A stretch of DNA of 61,603 nt, counting the filler, from Coriobacteriales bacterium (GTDB taxonomy: Bacteria; Actinomycetota; Coriobacteriia; Coriobacteriales; UBA8131), in the NCBI GenBank assembly GCA_031263105.1. It is 10 parts of 10 records of this genome, joined end to end, with 100 filler letters (N's around TTAATTAATTAA, not from the genome) between each part and the next. Parts side by side here need not be neighbours in the genome. Positions count along the whole stretch, not along the records: positions 1 to 9,543 come from JAISGJ010000243.1; positions 9,644 to 20,223 come from JAISGJ010000003.1; 8 more parts are not named here. The stretch is one strand, 5' to 3'. Positions 1-10,322 of this stretch are shown piece by piece. A model generated the notes under the pieces. The model was not told where the DNA came from. It did no database searches and saw only the letters and a program-made list of their open reading frames with translations. A program made the translations under genes and the position numbers. The stretch's first letter is position 1, and each line of letters begins with the position of its first letter.

Positions 1-76
1 TGCGTGTCCAAAGATTCCTCGGCAGGCTCGGGATGGCAGCGGGGCTCGGGATGGCAGTGGGGGTGTGAACAGAAAC
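1..76. repeat. Partial copy (right half) of CACTGTCATCCCGAG-type palindromic MITE
   Basis: GTGTCCAAAGATTCCTCGGCAGGCTCGGGATG... ending GTGTGAACAG, same as full copies elsewhere. Confidence 0.85.
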
Positions 77-180
77 ATATTCCATGCGGAAAGTGCTATG
101 AAATCATGACTTTTCGCATGGAATATCTTGCACCAAGCAACAACCCCAAAAGCATTATACGGCAGACGACTGCCATTCAA

Positions 181-236
181 CGATTATTATATGCGCTAAC
201 TATGGTCAAATAGGCGGTTAGCGCATATAATAATCG
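181..236. promoter_or_regulatory. Perfect 20-bp inverted repeat upstream of ATPase gene (candidate operator)
   Basis: CGATTATTATATGCGCTAAC (181-200) and GTTAGCGCATATAATAATCG (217-236), the latter containing TATAAT. Confidence 0.6.
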
Positions 237-270
237 CACAAGGACAGTCCTCGATCAGAAGGCGGCGGTC

Positions 271-1686
271 ATGCGGTTAATCGGAAGAGAGGAAGAGCGG
301 CAAAGGCTGCTCGACCTTGCGGCGAACGACAGCCCCGAGTTCGTTGTCGTCTACGGGCGCAGGCGCGTGGGCAAGACCTTCCTGGTCAGGGAGACCTTCA
401 ACGGCACCTTCGACTTCGCCTACACCGGCATCGCCAACGTCACGACGAGGGAACAGCTCGCGGGGTTTCACCAGGCGCTACAGGAGTACGCGACCGGCGA
501 CCTTGTACAGCCGAGGACGTGGTTCGAGGCCTTCGCGCAGCTGAGGGGCATCATAAAAAGCCGACCGACGGCACAGAAGAAGGTGATATTCCTCGATGAG
601 ATGCCTTGGATGGACACCCACAAGTCGCGCTTCCTTCCTGCCTTCGAGCATTTCTGGAACGGCTGGGCGTCGGGGCGCGCCGACATTCTCCTCATTGTCT
701 GCGGATCCGTCACCTCCTGGCTGTCCAACAAGGTCTTCCAGAACACCAGCGGCCTCTACAACCGCGTGACCCGACGGATCCACCTCAAGCAGTTCACCTT
801 GCGAGAGTGTGAGAGGTACCTGGAGGCCCTAGGCGTCAGCTACCACCGCCAGCAGATCGTCGAGGCCTACATGGTCTTCGGCGGCATACCCTTCTACCTC
901 AAGGAGTTCGAGCGCGGGGTCAGCCTCGCGCAGAACATCGACCGCCTCTGTTTCGGAGAGAGCCCCCGCTTCTCCGGAGAGTTCGAGAGCCTCTACGCCT
1001 CGATCTTCAACCGCCATGTGCGTCATGTCGAGGTGGTGCAGGCCCTCGCGACGAAGAGCAGGGGGCTCACCCGGGAGGAGCTTGCATGCCTTGTCGGCTT
1101 CCCCGACGGCGGCAACCTCACAAGGATACTCTCGGAACTGGAGAAGAACGGGTTCGTCCGCAGCTACAGCCCGTTCTCGCGCAAGAAGCGCGGACGGCTC
1201 TTCCAGCTTGTCGACCACTTCACCCTGTTCTGGTTGAACTTCATCCGCGACAGCAGGCAAAACGACGAGCACTTCTGGAGCCACTTCATGGGGAGCGGGG
1301 GCTATCATGCCTGGAGCGGGTATGCGTTCGAGCAGGTGTGCCTCTCGCATGTCGAGCAGATCAAGCGCAAGCTCGGCATCACGGGGGTTCTGACGAGGGT
1401 CTGCGCCTGGAGCGGCGGTGCGCCAGGGCAGAACGCCCAGATCGACCTCCTGATAGAACGCGGGGACCGTGCGGTCAACGTGTGCGAGATGAAGTTCTCG
1501 GCCCGCGAGTTCGAGATCGACAAGGACTACGACCTCAGGCTGCGCAGGAAGCTCTCTGCCTTCGCAGACGGGACGAGGACCGCCCTGACGCTGATCCCCA
1601 CTTTGGTGACCACCTTGGGCCTCGTGCAGAACAAGTACGCTGGCATCATCGAGCAGGAAGTGACCTTGGACGACCTCTTCGCGTAG
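271..1686 (+). CDS. AAA ATPase (archaeal ATPase_2 type) with wHTH and C-terminal PD-(D/E)xK-like domain
   Basis: Walker A GRRRVGKT, Walker B IFLDE, CGS motif, C-terminal QIDLL..CEMK. Confidence 0.85.
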   Translation: MRLIGREEERQRLLDLAANDSPEFVVVYGRRRVGKTFLVRETFNGTFDFAYTGIANVTTREQLAGFHQALQEYATGDLVQPRTWFEAFAQLRGIIKSRPTAQKKVIFLDEMPWMDTHKSRFLPAFEHFWNGWASGRADILLIVCGSVTSWLSNKVFQNTSGLYNRVTRRIHLKQFTLRECERYLEALGVSYHRQQIVEAYMVFGGIPFYLKEFERGVSLAQNIDRLCFGESPRFSGEFESLYASIFNRHVRHVEVVQALATKSRGLTREELACLVGFPDGGNLTRILSELEKNGFVRSYSPFSRKKRGRLFQLVDHFTLFWLNFIRDSRQNDEHFWSHFMGSGGYHAWSGYAFEQVCLSHVEQIKRKLGITGVLTRVCAWSGGAPGQNAQIDLLIERGDRAVNVCEMKFSAREFEIDKDYDLRLRRKLSAFADGTRTALTLIPTLVTTLGLVQNKYAGIIEQEVTLDDLFA

Positions 1687-1753
1687 CCGGGTCCGCGCAG
1701 TTGGCAGAGGGGCGTTTTCCTCTGTCGTCTTGTCGCTTGGCGCTTCAGGCGCC

Positions 1754-2023
1754 TCAGCTCCGGTATACCTTGTCCCGTCGGTTGACGTCTGCAATCTGTA
1801 TGAGGAGCAGGTCGTCCCGGATGTCGGCGATGAGGCGGTATATGCCGACGCGGTAGCGCCATTCGGTGGAACGGTCCCCCGTAAGCCCTTTGCCGCAGGC
1901 GCGTGGGTTCGTGCAGCCCTCCAGGTGCGTGTCGACCCACTTCATGACGATGCTCTTGGCGTGGGGGTCGAGCTTGCGCAGGAACTTGGCGGCCAGGGGG
2001 GAGTACCTGACACGGTAGGTCAT
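1754..2023 (-). CDS. relE: RelE/ParE family toxin
   Basis: 89 aa basic protein, NPR..GKGLTG..WRYRVGIYRLI motif; overlaps antitoxin stop. Confidence 0.88.
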   Translation of the reverse strand: MTYRVRYSPLAAKFLRKLDPHAKSIVMKWVDTHLEGCTNPRACGKGLTGDRSTEWRYRVGIYRLIADIRDDLLLIQIADVNRRDKVYRS

Positions 2024-2244
2024 GAGAGGCCGAACTCTTGCATGAGGGCCTTGTGGGAGACGTAGTCCTCGTCTTTGAGCTGCTCCCGCGCACGCTCAAG
2101 GATCGCGAGGTCATAGGCATCTTCAACCGCCTGCAAGGCGGAGGATCTGAGAAGCTCGCTCATGGTCATGTTGTACGTTGTTGCATATCCCGCCAAGGCG
2201 GCGCGTTCCTCGTCCGTCAGTCGTACCGAGATCGTGCTGGGCAT
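2020..2244 (-). CDS. RelB-like RHH antitoxin (DUF6290-like)
   Basis: MPSTISVRLT..MSELLR..VEDAYD; SD GAAGGAG; upstream of RelE. Confidence 0.8.
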   Translation of the reverse strand: MPSTISVRLTDEERAALAGYATTYNMTMSELLRSSALQAVEDAYDLAILERAREQLKDEDYVSHKALMQEFGLS

Positions 2245-2251
2245 ACCGGCT

Positions 2252-2402
2252 CCTTCCATGCGTTTCTCGCAGTCGCTGCTTTCCTGCGTTCAGCGACTCA
2301 CTCGTCGCGCTTCCCCTCAGGGCCCCGCGAAGCCTTGGCTTCGTGGGTGGGGGTCACAGGCTCGCTGCTCCTTCGACCGTCCGCTGGACGGTCGAACCTT
2401 CC
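2252..2402 (-). mobile_element. 139-bp structured element flanked by GGAAGG direct repeats in antitoxin 5' UTR
   Basis: About 92% identical to 6453-6591 in reverse complement. Confidence 0.7.
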
Positions 2403-2406
2403 TTCG

Positions 2407-2442
2407 TGCGCTACAGTGTAGCGCATATAGCTCCTGAGTCAA
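2407..2442 (-). promoter_or_regulatory. TA promoter (TTGACT-N16-TACACT) with palindromic operator TGCGCTACAnTGTAGCGCA
   Basis: Palindrome overlaps the -10 box, typical of TA autoregulation. Confidence 0.55.
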
Positions 2443-2445
2443 GTA

Positions 2446-2661
2446 GTTACACGTCACACCCACTGCCATCCCGGCCCCCACTGTCATCCCGGCCCCCACT
2501 GTCATCCCGAGCCTGCCGAGGGATCCTCGACCGCGCCAGCGGTCGACCGCAGGTCGAAGGGCCCCCTGGCCTGCCGTTGGACACTGCGTGTCCAAAGATT
2601 CCTCGGCGGAGCTCGGAATGACAGTGGGGGCTCGGAATGACAGTGGGGTGTGACGTGCAAC
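2446..2661. repeat. Palindromic MITE copy
   Basis: Ends GTTACACGTCACACCC / GGGTGTGACGTGCAAC; internal tandem CCCACTGTCATCCCG units. Confidence 0.9.
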
Positions 2662-2780
2662 GCTTCGGGCACCGGCGCAAGGTGTGTCGCGGCCTTCCCT
2701 GACGAGCTGAGGAAAAGTGAGTATAATTGGCCTTATAAGGTGATAGTATTGTGGGAACAGGAAGACCAAGGGGCTTGGTT

Positions 2781-5700
2781 ATGAAATATGTCCTTTCTCT
2801 GGTGCTGGCCCTGTCGGTGGTGGGGGGTTTCGCTGGCTATTGCTGTCTCTGTCGGGCAGGGCGCGACGACGTTCGGTTCTGGCTCGGTGTCTCCGGCTGG
2901 AGCTGCGGTTCGTGGCATCATGGACGATCTCTCCTTTGTCCCCGACTTCGACCTCACGTCCGTCCAGGGGACGGCCCGCTCAGCCCGCTCAGGCGATGCT
3001 GCGTCGCCTGTTCCGAGCACGTCCGACCGCACATACGCGCTCGCGGAGGCAGGCAGCTCTTCGGGGAGCGAGCCTGCCGACCTGTCGTCTGCTGCGGGCA
3101 GCACTGCCGACACACCAGCCTCAGAGACAGCCGTTCCAGAGACACCCGCTTCAGACCCCGCGACCGAGCCCGCGGAACCCGCAGAGCCCGCCAAGCCCGC
3201 CGACCCCGCAGAGCCTGCGACTGACCCCGCCGACCCCGCAGCGCCAGCCGACCCCGCCGACCCCGCAGCGCCCGCCGAGCCCGTAAAGGCCGTCGTGACG
3301 CTGCACACACGGACCTATCTGTCCAAAGATGCAGCGCCGGACGCAGGGCCCGTCTTGCCGAGCGGCATCGTGGTGCGGCCCTCGTTATGGCAGCCCGTAG
3401 ACGACCCCGACAGGTCGGGCGAATACGAGCGCGACTACGCAGCAAGCCCCTTGCTGCTGCCTGTCGCATCGGCGGTGACCTCCACGAGCCATGTCTTCAA
3501 GGCTTGGTACGAACGGGACGAGACGGCAGGGGAGGGCACAGGTGCCGCCGTTGAGCGGGCGGAGGACCAGAGCACGCTTCGAAGCCACGAATACAACGCG
3601 AAATGGGTGATAAAACCTATCATAAGCAAGATAGAGACGAACAGTCGCGGCAAGGGCCCCAAAACGGCGACCTTCGACGCTGCGAGCGATGTGAGCGGCG
3701 GGCTCAGCGCTGCTGACGCCGTGAAAGGAGACGTGATCCTTGCAGCCGGAGAGAACAAGCTGAGAGCGGCCGACATCACGCTTTCTGGGCAGAGCGATAC
3801 GGAAAAGGCGACGCTGTATCCGGACGATGCGTTCGGGGAGGGCGACGGCGCGGGCGCGGAGATCACGGGAGACGCGACCATCGCCTGGGGAGACGTGCCC
3901 ACGAAACTCTATCTGAAGGCCATCTCGGAAGACGACGATGTGACAGCGGTCTACTACGAGCTGAATGTTCTCACCTCCGCACGCCCCGTGTCGTTCGTGG
4001 CAGAGCAACTGGGCGGCGCACCGGGTTCGGACAACGGCTCAGACCTGAAGACCACGACGGGCATTGCAATCGAGTTTGACGACCCCGTTACGAATCTTGC
4101 TGAGGACAGTATCACCATAACGGACGGCACGGGCAAAGTCACGAAAGGCGCACTTTCGCCGGGCATAGAAAACGACGGAAAGAACTATGTGCTTGCCGTT
4201 ACCGAAGTCGCCCCCGGAACCGTAACGCTGGAGATACCAAGCTGGACGGGCTACTTCGTGGATAACGACGAGCCGGGCACGAACGAGGGCGCGACCTCGC
4301 GCGCCCTTACCGTGTACCGCGACAAGACCGTGCCGACAGGCAGCGTCACGACAAGGAGCAACGTCTTTGAGGAGTTCTTGAACCGGATGGGCTTCGGCCT
4401 GTTCTTCAAAAGCCCGCTCAACGTTACGTTCTCTGCCGCAGATACCGGCGGCGACGGGATCCAGAGCTTGAGGTACCTTAAGACCGGCTCCGAGCTTGGC
4501 AGCATAGATGCCGTGAGGCAGGCTGTGGGATGGCAGGAGGGCACCGTAGCGGGTGGCGTAGGCAGCGCAGAGTTCAGCGTGCAGCCGAACGAGAAGTTCT
4601 TTGCCTACGCATGGAGTATCGACAAGGCAGGCAATGAGACCATCATAGATTCGGACGGGGTTGTCGTCTATGCGGACAGCGCCATTGGTGCCGGTGCCGT
4701 GTCCTTCACGAGGCTGGGCACGGAAGACAGGAGCGTCACCGTGGCGATGAACGGCAACGCCGTGGCATCCGTGACCGACGTGACGGGCGGAGCGAGCGAC
4801 GTGCTTGAGCCGGGCGCGTGCTACGCCGTCACAGGAGAGGGGGAGGACAACGGCTCAATCACGCTCAAGAACAAGTGGCTCTCCACGCTCGCTGCGGGAG
4901 AGCACATGCTTGTGGTCTGCTTCAAGCCGCAGGGAGAAGCCTACGTCGACGCCGCAGGAAACGAAGCGCCTGCAACGGCTGCGATAACGATAACGGTGAC
5001 AAAGGAGAGCCAGTCTGCAGTGACGATCAAGGACGCCGCAGATGCCGCCATAGCGGATAATGAGCTGAACAAGGCTTCCGACGATTCGAACTTTGCGCTG
5101 ACGGCCCATGGTGGCAGCGGTGACGGCGACTACGTGTGGAAAAGCTCGGACACGGCCGTAGCGACCCTCATAGACACGGCAAGCGACGAGTCCGTCGTCG
5201 TCAGCATACAGGGCATCGGTGTTACGCAGATTACCCTCAAGAGGAACGGAAACGCCGACTACAACGAATCGAATACGGCAACGGTGACTTTGAACGTGGT
5301 AAAGCGCGAGGAAACCAAGTATCGTCTCACCATCGATTTCGATGCGGCGGATCTCGATAAGATCCATGAGAACAAGCAAAGGGTGATCATCGTCAAGCAC
5401 ACGAAAGAACAAAAGAGCGCCGTAGCGTGGGTGAGCTTCGATCCCCTCGAACACAACACCGTCGGATGGGGGGACGCCGTTGTGCTCTATGCTTCGTCCG
5501 GAGAAGTTCAAGGTGGTTCGAAGATTATCACGCAGAGCAAAATCGTCGGCACGCCCCAGATCGAAACCGTTTTCGACGGCGGTTCCTTCCGCCTCATCAG
5601 GCCGGACAACACTATCAGCCCCACTTCCTATGAGGTCACGAATCAAGACATGAGCGAGTCCGAGCTCATATTCGGCCTTGCCCAGAGCGTGACCCTCAAT

Positions 5701-5931
5701 GGCACACAGACCTTCCCCGACTATCCGATCAACGCGGTGATCGTGCCGCAAGGCCATTCCGCCGTGATGACGCCGATCGAAGGGATCGATGTGTTTCTCG
5801 CAGCGAACATCGACAGTTCCACCGTGCTGAGCCGCATCGACAGCACGAGCATCGCGCTCACATACACCGAAGGCACGGTCGAGCTCAGCATCAGGTATGA
5901 CCCCGCGAATGGCGTGTTCTATTCGAAATAG
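2781..5931 (+). CDS. Large secreted/surface protein (Pro-Ala linker, Ig-like domains); signal peptide frameshifted at G6 tract 2822-2827
   Basis: ATG 2781 gives MKYVLSLVLALSVVG; deleting one G joins it to the 1047-aa frame; PAEPADPA repeats, DKAGN and YVWKSSD Ig-like motifs. Confidence 0.7.
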
Positions 5932-6352
5932 TAGGGGCGGATGGCAATCCGCCCGTGTGTCAGGGGGACGCGTGTGTCGGGGAGACGTATGTCGCATTCG
6001 GTGTGTCAAGGTGCGCGTCCCCCTGCCCCCCCCCCCCCCCCCCCTGGGCCCCGTCCCCTTGGGCCCCGGGCGGATTGCCATCGTTACTGTTCGCACCCCA
6101 CTGTCATCCTGAGCCCCACTGTCATCCCGAGCCCCACTGTCATCCCGAGTCCCACTGTCATTCCGAGTCCCACTGTCATCCCGAGTCCCACTGTCATTCC
6201 GAGCCTGTCGAGGAATCCTCGGTCGCGCAAGCGGTCGACCGCAGGTCGAGGGGCCCCCTGACCTGCCGTTGGACACTGCGTGTCCAAGGATTCCTCGGCG
6301 GGGCTCGGAATGACAGTGGGGGTGTGAACGGTAACGTGCCATCCGCCCCTAC
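5931..6352. repeat. GTAG-family REP doublet (REPIN) interrupted by a MITE
   Basis: GTAGGGGCGGATGGCAATCCGCCC at 5931-5954; inverted copy split between 6068-6082 and 6337-6352. Confidence 0.75.
6083..6335. repeat. Palindromic MITE copy with TGCCATC duplication
   Basis: GTTACTGTTCGCACCCC...GGGGTGTGAACGGTAAC with six tandem 18-bp units. Confidence 0.9.
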
Positions 6353-6446
6353 GAGGGGAATCGGGCGCCCTGTGAACAGAAGCGCGCGTTTAGCGTTATA
6401 CTACCAATTCACTCTCGGATTCGGGGCAGCTCCTCGAATCCAGGAC

Positions 6447-6597
6447 AGAAGGTTCGACCGTCCAGTGGACGGTCGAAGGAGCGGCGAGCCTGTGACCCCC
6501 ACCCACGAAGCCAAGGCTTCGCGGGGCCCTGAGGGGAAGCGCGACGAGTGAGCCGACGAACCCAGAAAGGCAACGACCGAGAGAAACGCATAGAAGG
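6447..6597 (+). mobile_element. 139-bp structured element flanked by AGAAGG direct repeats in aminotransferase 5' UTR
   Basis: Second copy of 2258-2396. Confidence 0.7.
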
Positions 6598-6606
6598 AGA
6601 AGGAAC

Positions 6607-7752
6607 ATGCAAAAGAAGTACCTTATGACCCCCGGCCCAACGCCCGTTCCGAGCGAGGTCCTGCTCGCACAGGCCCGGCCGATGATCCACCATCGCACGC
6701 CTGACTTCAACGCGGTCGTGCGGGACTGCGTCGAAGGCCTCAAATACGTCTTCCAGACCGAGGAAAGCGACGTGCTCATCTTCGCGAGCTCGGGGACGGG
6801 GGCGATGGAGTCCGCCGTCGCGAACTGCTTCCGTCTCGGCGACAAGGTGCTGGTGGCCTCCAACGGCAAGTTCGGGCAGCGCATGGCGCAGATAGCCCAG
6901 GCATACGGGCTCGACGTCTTGGTGCTCGAGTATGGCTGGCAGCAGGTCGTCGCCCCTGCGGACATCGCGCACTTCCTTGAGGAGAACCCCGATACGCGCG
7001 GCGTCATCGTCACGCAGTCGGAGACGTCGAGCGGCGTGCTGAACGACGTGCAGGCTGTGGGCGCGATCGTCGCCGGCTACCCGGACTGCGTGCTCATCGT
7101 CGACAGCATCACGGGCATCGGCGCCGTGGACTGCAAGACGGACGAGTGGGGCCTCGACGTGGTGATGACCGGCTCGCAGAAGGGCCTCATGCTCCCGCCG
7201 GGACTGGCGGCGCTCAGCGTGAGCCCCAAGGCGTGGAAGGCATACGGCCGCTCCAACCTCCCCAAGTTCTACTTCGACTGGAAGAAGTATAAGAGCAATC
7301 TGGAGAAGGACACGACGCCCTTCACCCCCGCCGTCTCGCTCATGATGGGCCTTGCCGAGGCGCTGAGGCTCATGCGCGAGGAGGGGATCGAGAACATAAT
7401 CGCGCGTCACGCCCGCCTTGCGGAGGCGATGCGCACCGGTTGCGAGGCGCTGGGCCTTGAGCTGTTCGCCCCCCGCGAGGGGCGCGGCAACGCGGTGACC
7501 CCCGTGTGGGTGCCCGAGGGCATCGACGGCAAGAAGCTCGTCTCCCTCTTGAAGAACAAGCACGGTGTGACCATCGCGGGCGGGCAGGACGACTACGCAG
7601 GGAGGATATTCCGCGTGGGACATCTGGGCTACTTCGGCGACTTCGACATCGTCACCACCCTGGTGGCGCTCGAGATGACCTTGAAGGAGCTGGGCTACGA
7701 CTTCGAGCCGGGCACCGGCGTCAAGGCCGCCGAGGCCGTTTTGATGGGTTGA
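6607..7752 (+). CDS. Class V PLP aminotransferase (serine-pyruvate/alanine-glyoxylate family)
   Basis: MTPGPT, SETSSG, GSQKG PLP lysine, FRVGHLG; upstream of serA. Confidence 0.92.
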   Translation: MQKKYLMTPGPTPVPSEVLLAQARPMIHHRTPDFNAVVRDCVEGLKYVFQTEESDVLIFASSGTGAMESAVANCFRLGDKVLVASNGKFGQRMAQIAQAYGLDVLVLEYGWQQVVAPADIAHFLEENPDTRGVIVTQSETSSGVLNDVQAVGAIVAGYPDCVLIVDSITGIGAVDCKTDEWGLDVVMTGSQKGLMLPPGLAALSVSPKAWKAYGRSNLPKFYFDWKKYKSNLEKDTTPFTPAVSLMMGLAEALRLMREEGIENIIARHARLAEAMRTGCEALGLELFAPREGRGNAVTPVWVPEGIDGKKLVSLLKNKHGVTIAGGQDDYAGRIFRVGHLGYFGDFDIVTTLVALEMTLKELGYDFEPGTGVKAAEAVLMG

Positions 7753-7838
7753 GCACCACTCCGACGCTTCGCGCCGCCCCAATGGGCCGCCCCGGACAAA
7801 GCGGAGTCCCTTTTTCGCAGAACCATGGAAGGACAGAC

Positions 7839-9425
7839 ATGAAGGTACTGGTTGCAGAAAAGATAGCAGACGGCGGCATCGGGCTTTTGAAGGAGGCCGG
7901 CCATGAGGTGGACGTGAGGCTCGACCTCTCCCCCGAGGACCTCTGCGCCGCCATCTCGGGCTACGAGGCTCTCATCATCCGCAGCGCCACGCAGGCGTCG
8001 CGCGAGGTCATCGAGGCGGGCACGAGGCTCAAGATCATCGGCCGTGCCGGCGTGGGCGTGGACAACGTGGACGTCGCCGCCGCCACCGAGCGCGGCGTCA
8101 TCGTCTGCAACGCCCCCACCTCCAACGTGGTGAGCGCCTGCGAGCAGACCTTCGCGCTGCTGCTCGCGAGCGCACGGCGCACCGCGCAGGCGAACGCGAG
8201 CATGCATGCGCACAAATGGGACCGCGGCCTGTTCGCCGGCAACGAGCTGTATCAGAAGACGCTCGCCATCTTCGGGCTGGGCCGCATCGGCGGCCTGGTC
8301 GCCAAGCGGGCGCACGCCTTCGAGATGAACGTCATCGGCTTCGACCCCTTCGCCACACCTGAGCGCGCGGCGGAGATCGGCGTGAAGCTCTATGACGACA
8401 TCGACGAGATGCTGCCGTTGGCGGACTTCGTCACCGTGCACCTCCCCAAGACGAAGGAGACCATCGGCATGTTCGGGGCGGAGCAGTTTGCCCGCATGAA
8501 GGACGGCGTCTACGTGGTGAACACCGCGCGCGGCGGCATTTACGACTTGGACGCGCTGGCGGATGCGGTGAGGTCCGGCAAGGTCGCGGGCGCCGGCATC
8601 GACGTCTACGCGAAGGAGCCCTGTACCGACTCCCCGCTTCACGGCCTCGAGCAGGTCGTCCTGACGCCCCATCTGGGCGCCTCCACGAAGGAGGCACAGG
8701 CGCGCGCGGGCCTTCAGACGGCCGAGTACGTGCTCATGGGGCTTGAGGGCAAGATGGTCCCCACGGCGGTGAACGTGCCGCTGGTGCCCGACGACGTGAT
8801 GACCGCCGTCAAGCCCTTCATCGAGGCGAGCCAGACCACGGGCGTCATCCTCGCCCAGCTTGCCGAGGCGCCTATCGAGTCGCTGACGGTCAAGGTCCTC
8901 GGCGACCTGGCGAAGAACGACGTGACCCTGCTCGGCACCGCCGCCCTGCGCGGCATCTTCTCCCTCAGCAGCGACGACGCCGTGAACTTCGTCAACGCGA
9001 GCTACATAGCCGAGCAGCGCGGCGTCTCCGTGAAGGTCGAGAAGTCCACGATGCGCTCCGAGTACGCCAACAAGGTCTGCTTCGAGGCGCGGGCGGGTTC
9101 CCAGGTCGTCGAGGTCTCCATCACGACCTCCGGCCCCGGCGAGGACCTGCGCATCGTCTCGGTGCTCGGCTACCGGCTCGACCTTATCCCCAGCAAGAAC
9201 ATCCTCATCCAGAAGTATGTGGACAAGCCCGGGCAGCTGGGGCTCATCGGCACCATCCTCGGCAAGGCGAACATCAACATCTCCACGATGGAAGTAGGCG
9301 TGAAGGAGGAGAAGACCCGCATGGCCCTCATCCTCATGAACGTCGACGAGCCGGTTCCCGAGGCCGTGCGCGCCGAGATAAAAGAAGCCGTCGGCGTGAC
9401 CGAAGGCTGGTTCATCCAAATATAA
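7839..9425 (+). CDS. serA: D-3-phosphoglycerate dehydrogenase with ACT domain
   Basis: GRAGVGVDN, GLGRIG, NTARGG, TPHLGAST, C-terminal DKPG ACT. Confidence 0.95.
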   Translation: MKVLVAEKIADGGIGLLKEAGHEVDVRLDLSPEDLCAAISGYEALIIRSATQASREVIEAGTRLKIIGRAGVGVDNVDVAAATERGVIVCNAPTSNVVSACEQTFALLLASARRTAQANASMHAHKWDRGLFAGNELYQKTLAIFGLGRIGGLVAKRAHAFEMNVIGFDPFATPERAAEIGVKLYDDIDEMLPLADFVTVHLPKTKETIGMFGAEQFARMKDGVYVVNTARGGIYDLDALADAVRSGKVAGAGIDVYAKEPCTDSPLHGLEQVVLTPHLGASTKEAQARAGLQTAEYVLMGLEGKMVPTAVNVPLVPDDVMTAVKPFIEASQTTGVILAQLAEAPIESLTVKVLGDLAKNDVTLLGTAALRGIFSLSSDDAVNFVNASYIAEQRGVSVKVEKSTMRSEYANKVCFEARAGSQVVEVSITTSGPGEDLRIVSVLGYRLDLIPSKNILIQKYVDKPGQLGLIGTILGKANINISTMEVGVKEEKTRMALILMNVDEPVPEAVRAEIKEAVGVTEGWFIQI

Positions 9426-9763
9426 CGGCGGCCTTGTTCTGCCGCCTGTCCTGTGTAGGGGGTGGGCGCCCCCCCCCCCCCCACGCCCAACGGGGTGGGG
9501 GCCCGGCCCCCGGGCACAGAAAAGGGGGCGCGGCGGCGCGCCCNNNNNNNNNNNNNNNNNNNNNNNNNNNNNNNNNNNNNNNNNNNNTTAATTAATTAAN
9601 NNNNNNNNNNNNNNNNNNNNNNNNNNNNNNNNNNNNNNNNNNNTGAGCATCTTCCATGAAATTCTATAGGGGATCATAAAGCCTGCGTGACGGTACCAAA
9701 TATCTCTGATTCGCGGTACCGACTTTTGCTGACTGCTGGTACCGCGAGGGGTTACTACTCACT

Positions 9764-10078
9764 TATAGGGGCATTGAGAAAAACCACGTGAGGATAACAA
9801 TGGCGGTCATGCTGGCCAATGTGTACATGCTGGCGATGGCCGGCAGGCGCATAGACGGCTCACCCATCGAGGCTGCCTGACGGGAGAAGTGCGCCTGGTG
9901 CCGAAAAAGGGGCGCCGGGAGGAGGCAAAAGGAGGGATTTGGGGAGCGGAAGGCATCGCAGATGAGCGCCCAGATGCGTGGGTTGGGCGCGATGCAAAGC
10001 TAAGACAGTGCCGAGCGTCTCGGCGCTCGGCATAACACGACTAAAAACGGCGCGAGGGCGGATTAATCGGCGCCTCCC
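9764..10078 (+). mobile_element. IS5-family remnant (transposase C-terminus plus right end)
   Basis: YRGIEKN..LANVYM fragment 9764-9880; IS5-like end TTAATCGGCGCCTCC followed by CTAG. Confidence 0.6.
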
Positions 10079-10322
10079 TAGCGGCAGACAGTTCGCAGCT
10101 ATCGAAAGAAAGGGCACTTCAGCAATACAGTGGAGAGCAACACGAACTCGCTCGCAGCCCACGCACGCAAGCCCTCGATGACTTGGTCTTGTCAATCGTG
10201 ACGTTGTGGGCGCGATATGCCAATGCCGCCGTCAGGCTACACTTGTCCATCATGCGGGCCCCTCGCCCTCGCGATCACCTTTTCTGCGCTGGCCGCTTTT
10301 TGACAGGCGGTTCCTTTTGTCT

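Noticed and set aside
6096..6202. Tandem 18-bp arrays as CRISPR or TIGR arrays
   Set aside because: Units abut with no unique spacers and no cas or Tas genes; they are MITE arms
9544..9643. N-TTAATTAATTAA-N blocks (nine in the window)
   Set aside because: Artificial contig linkers with stops in all frames; not biological
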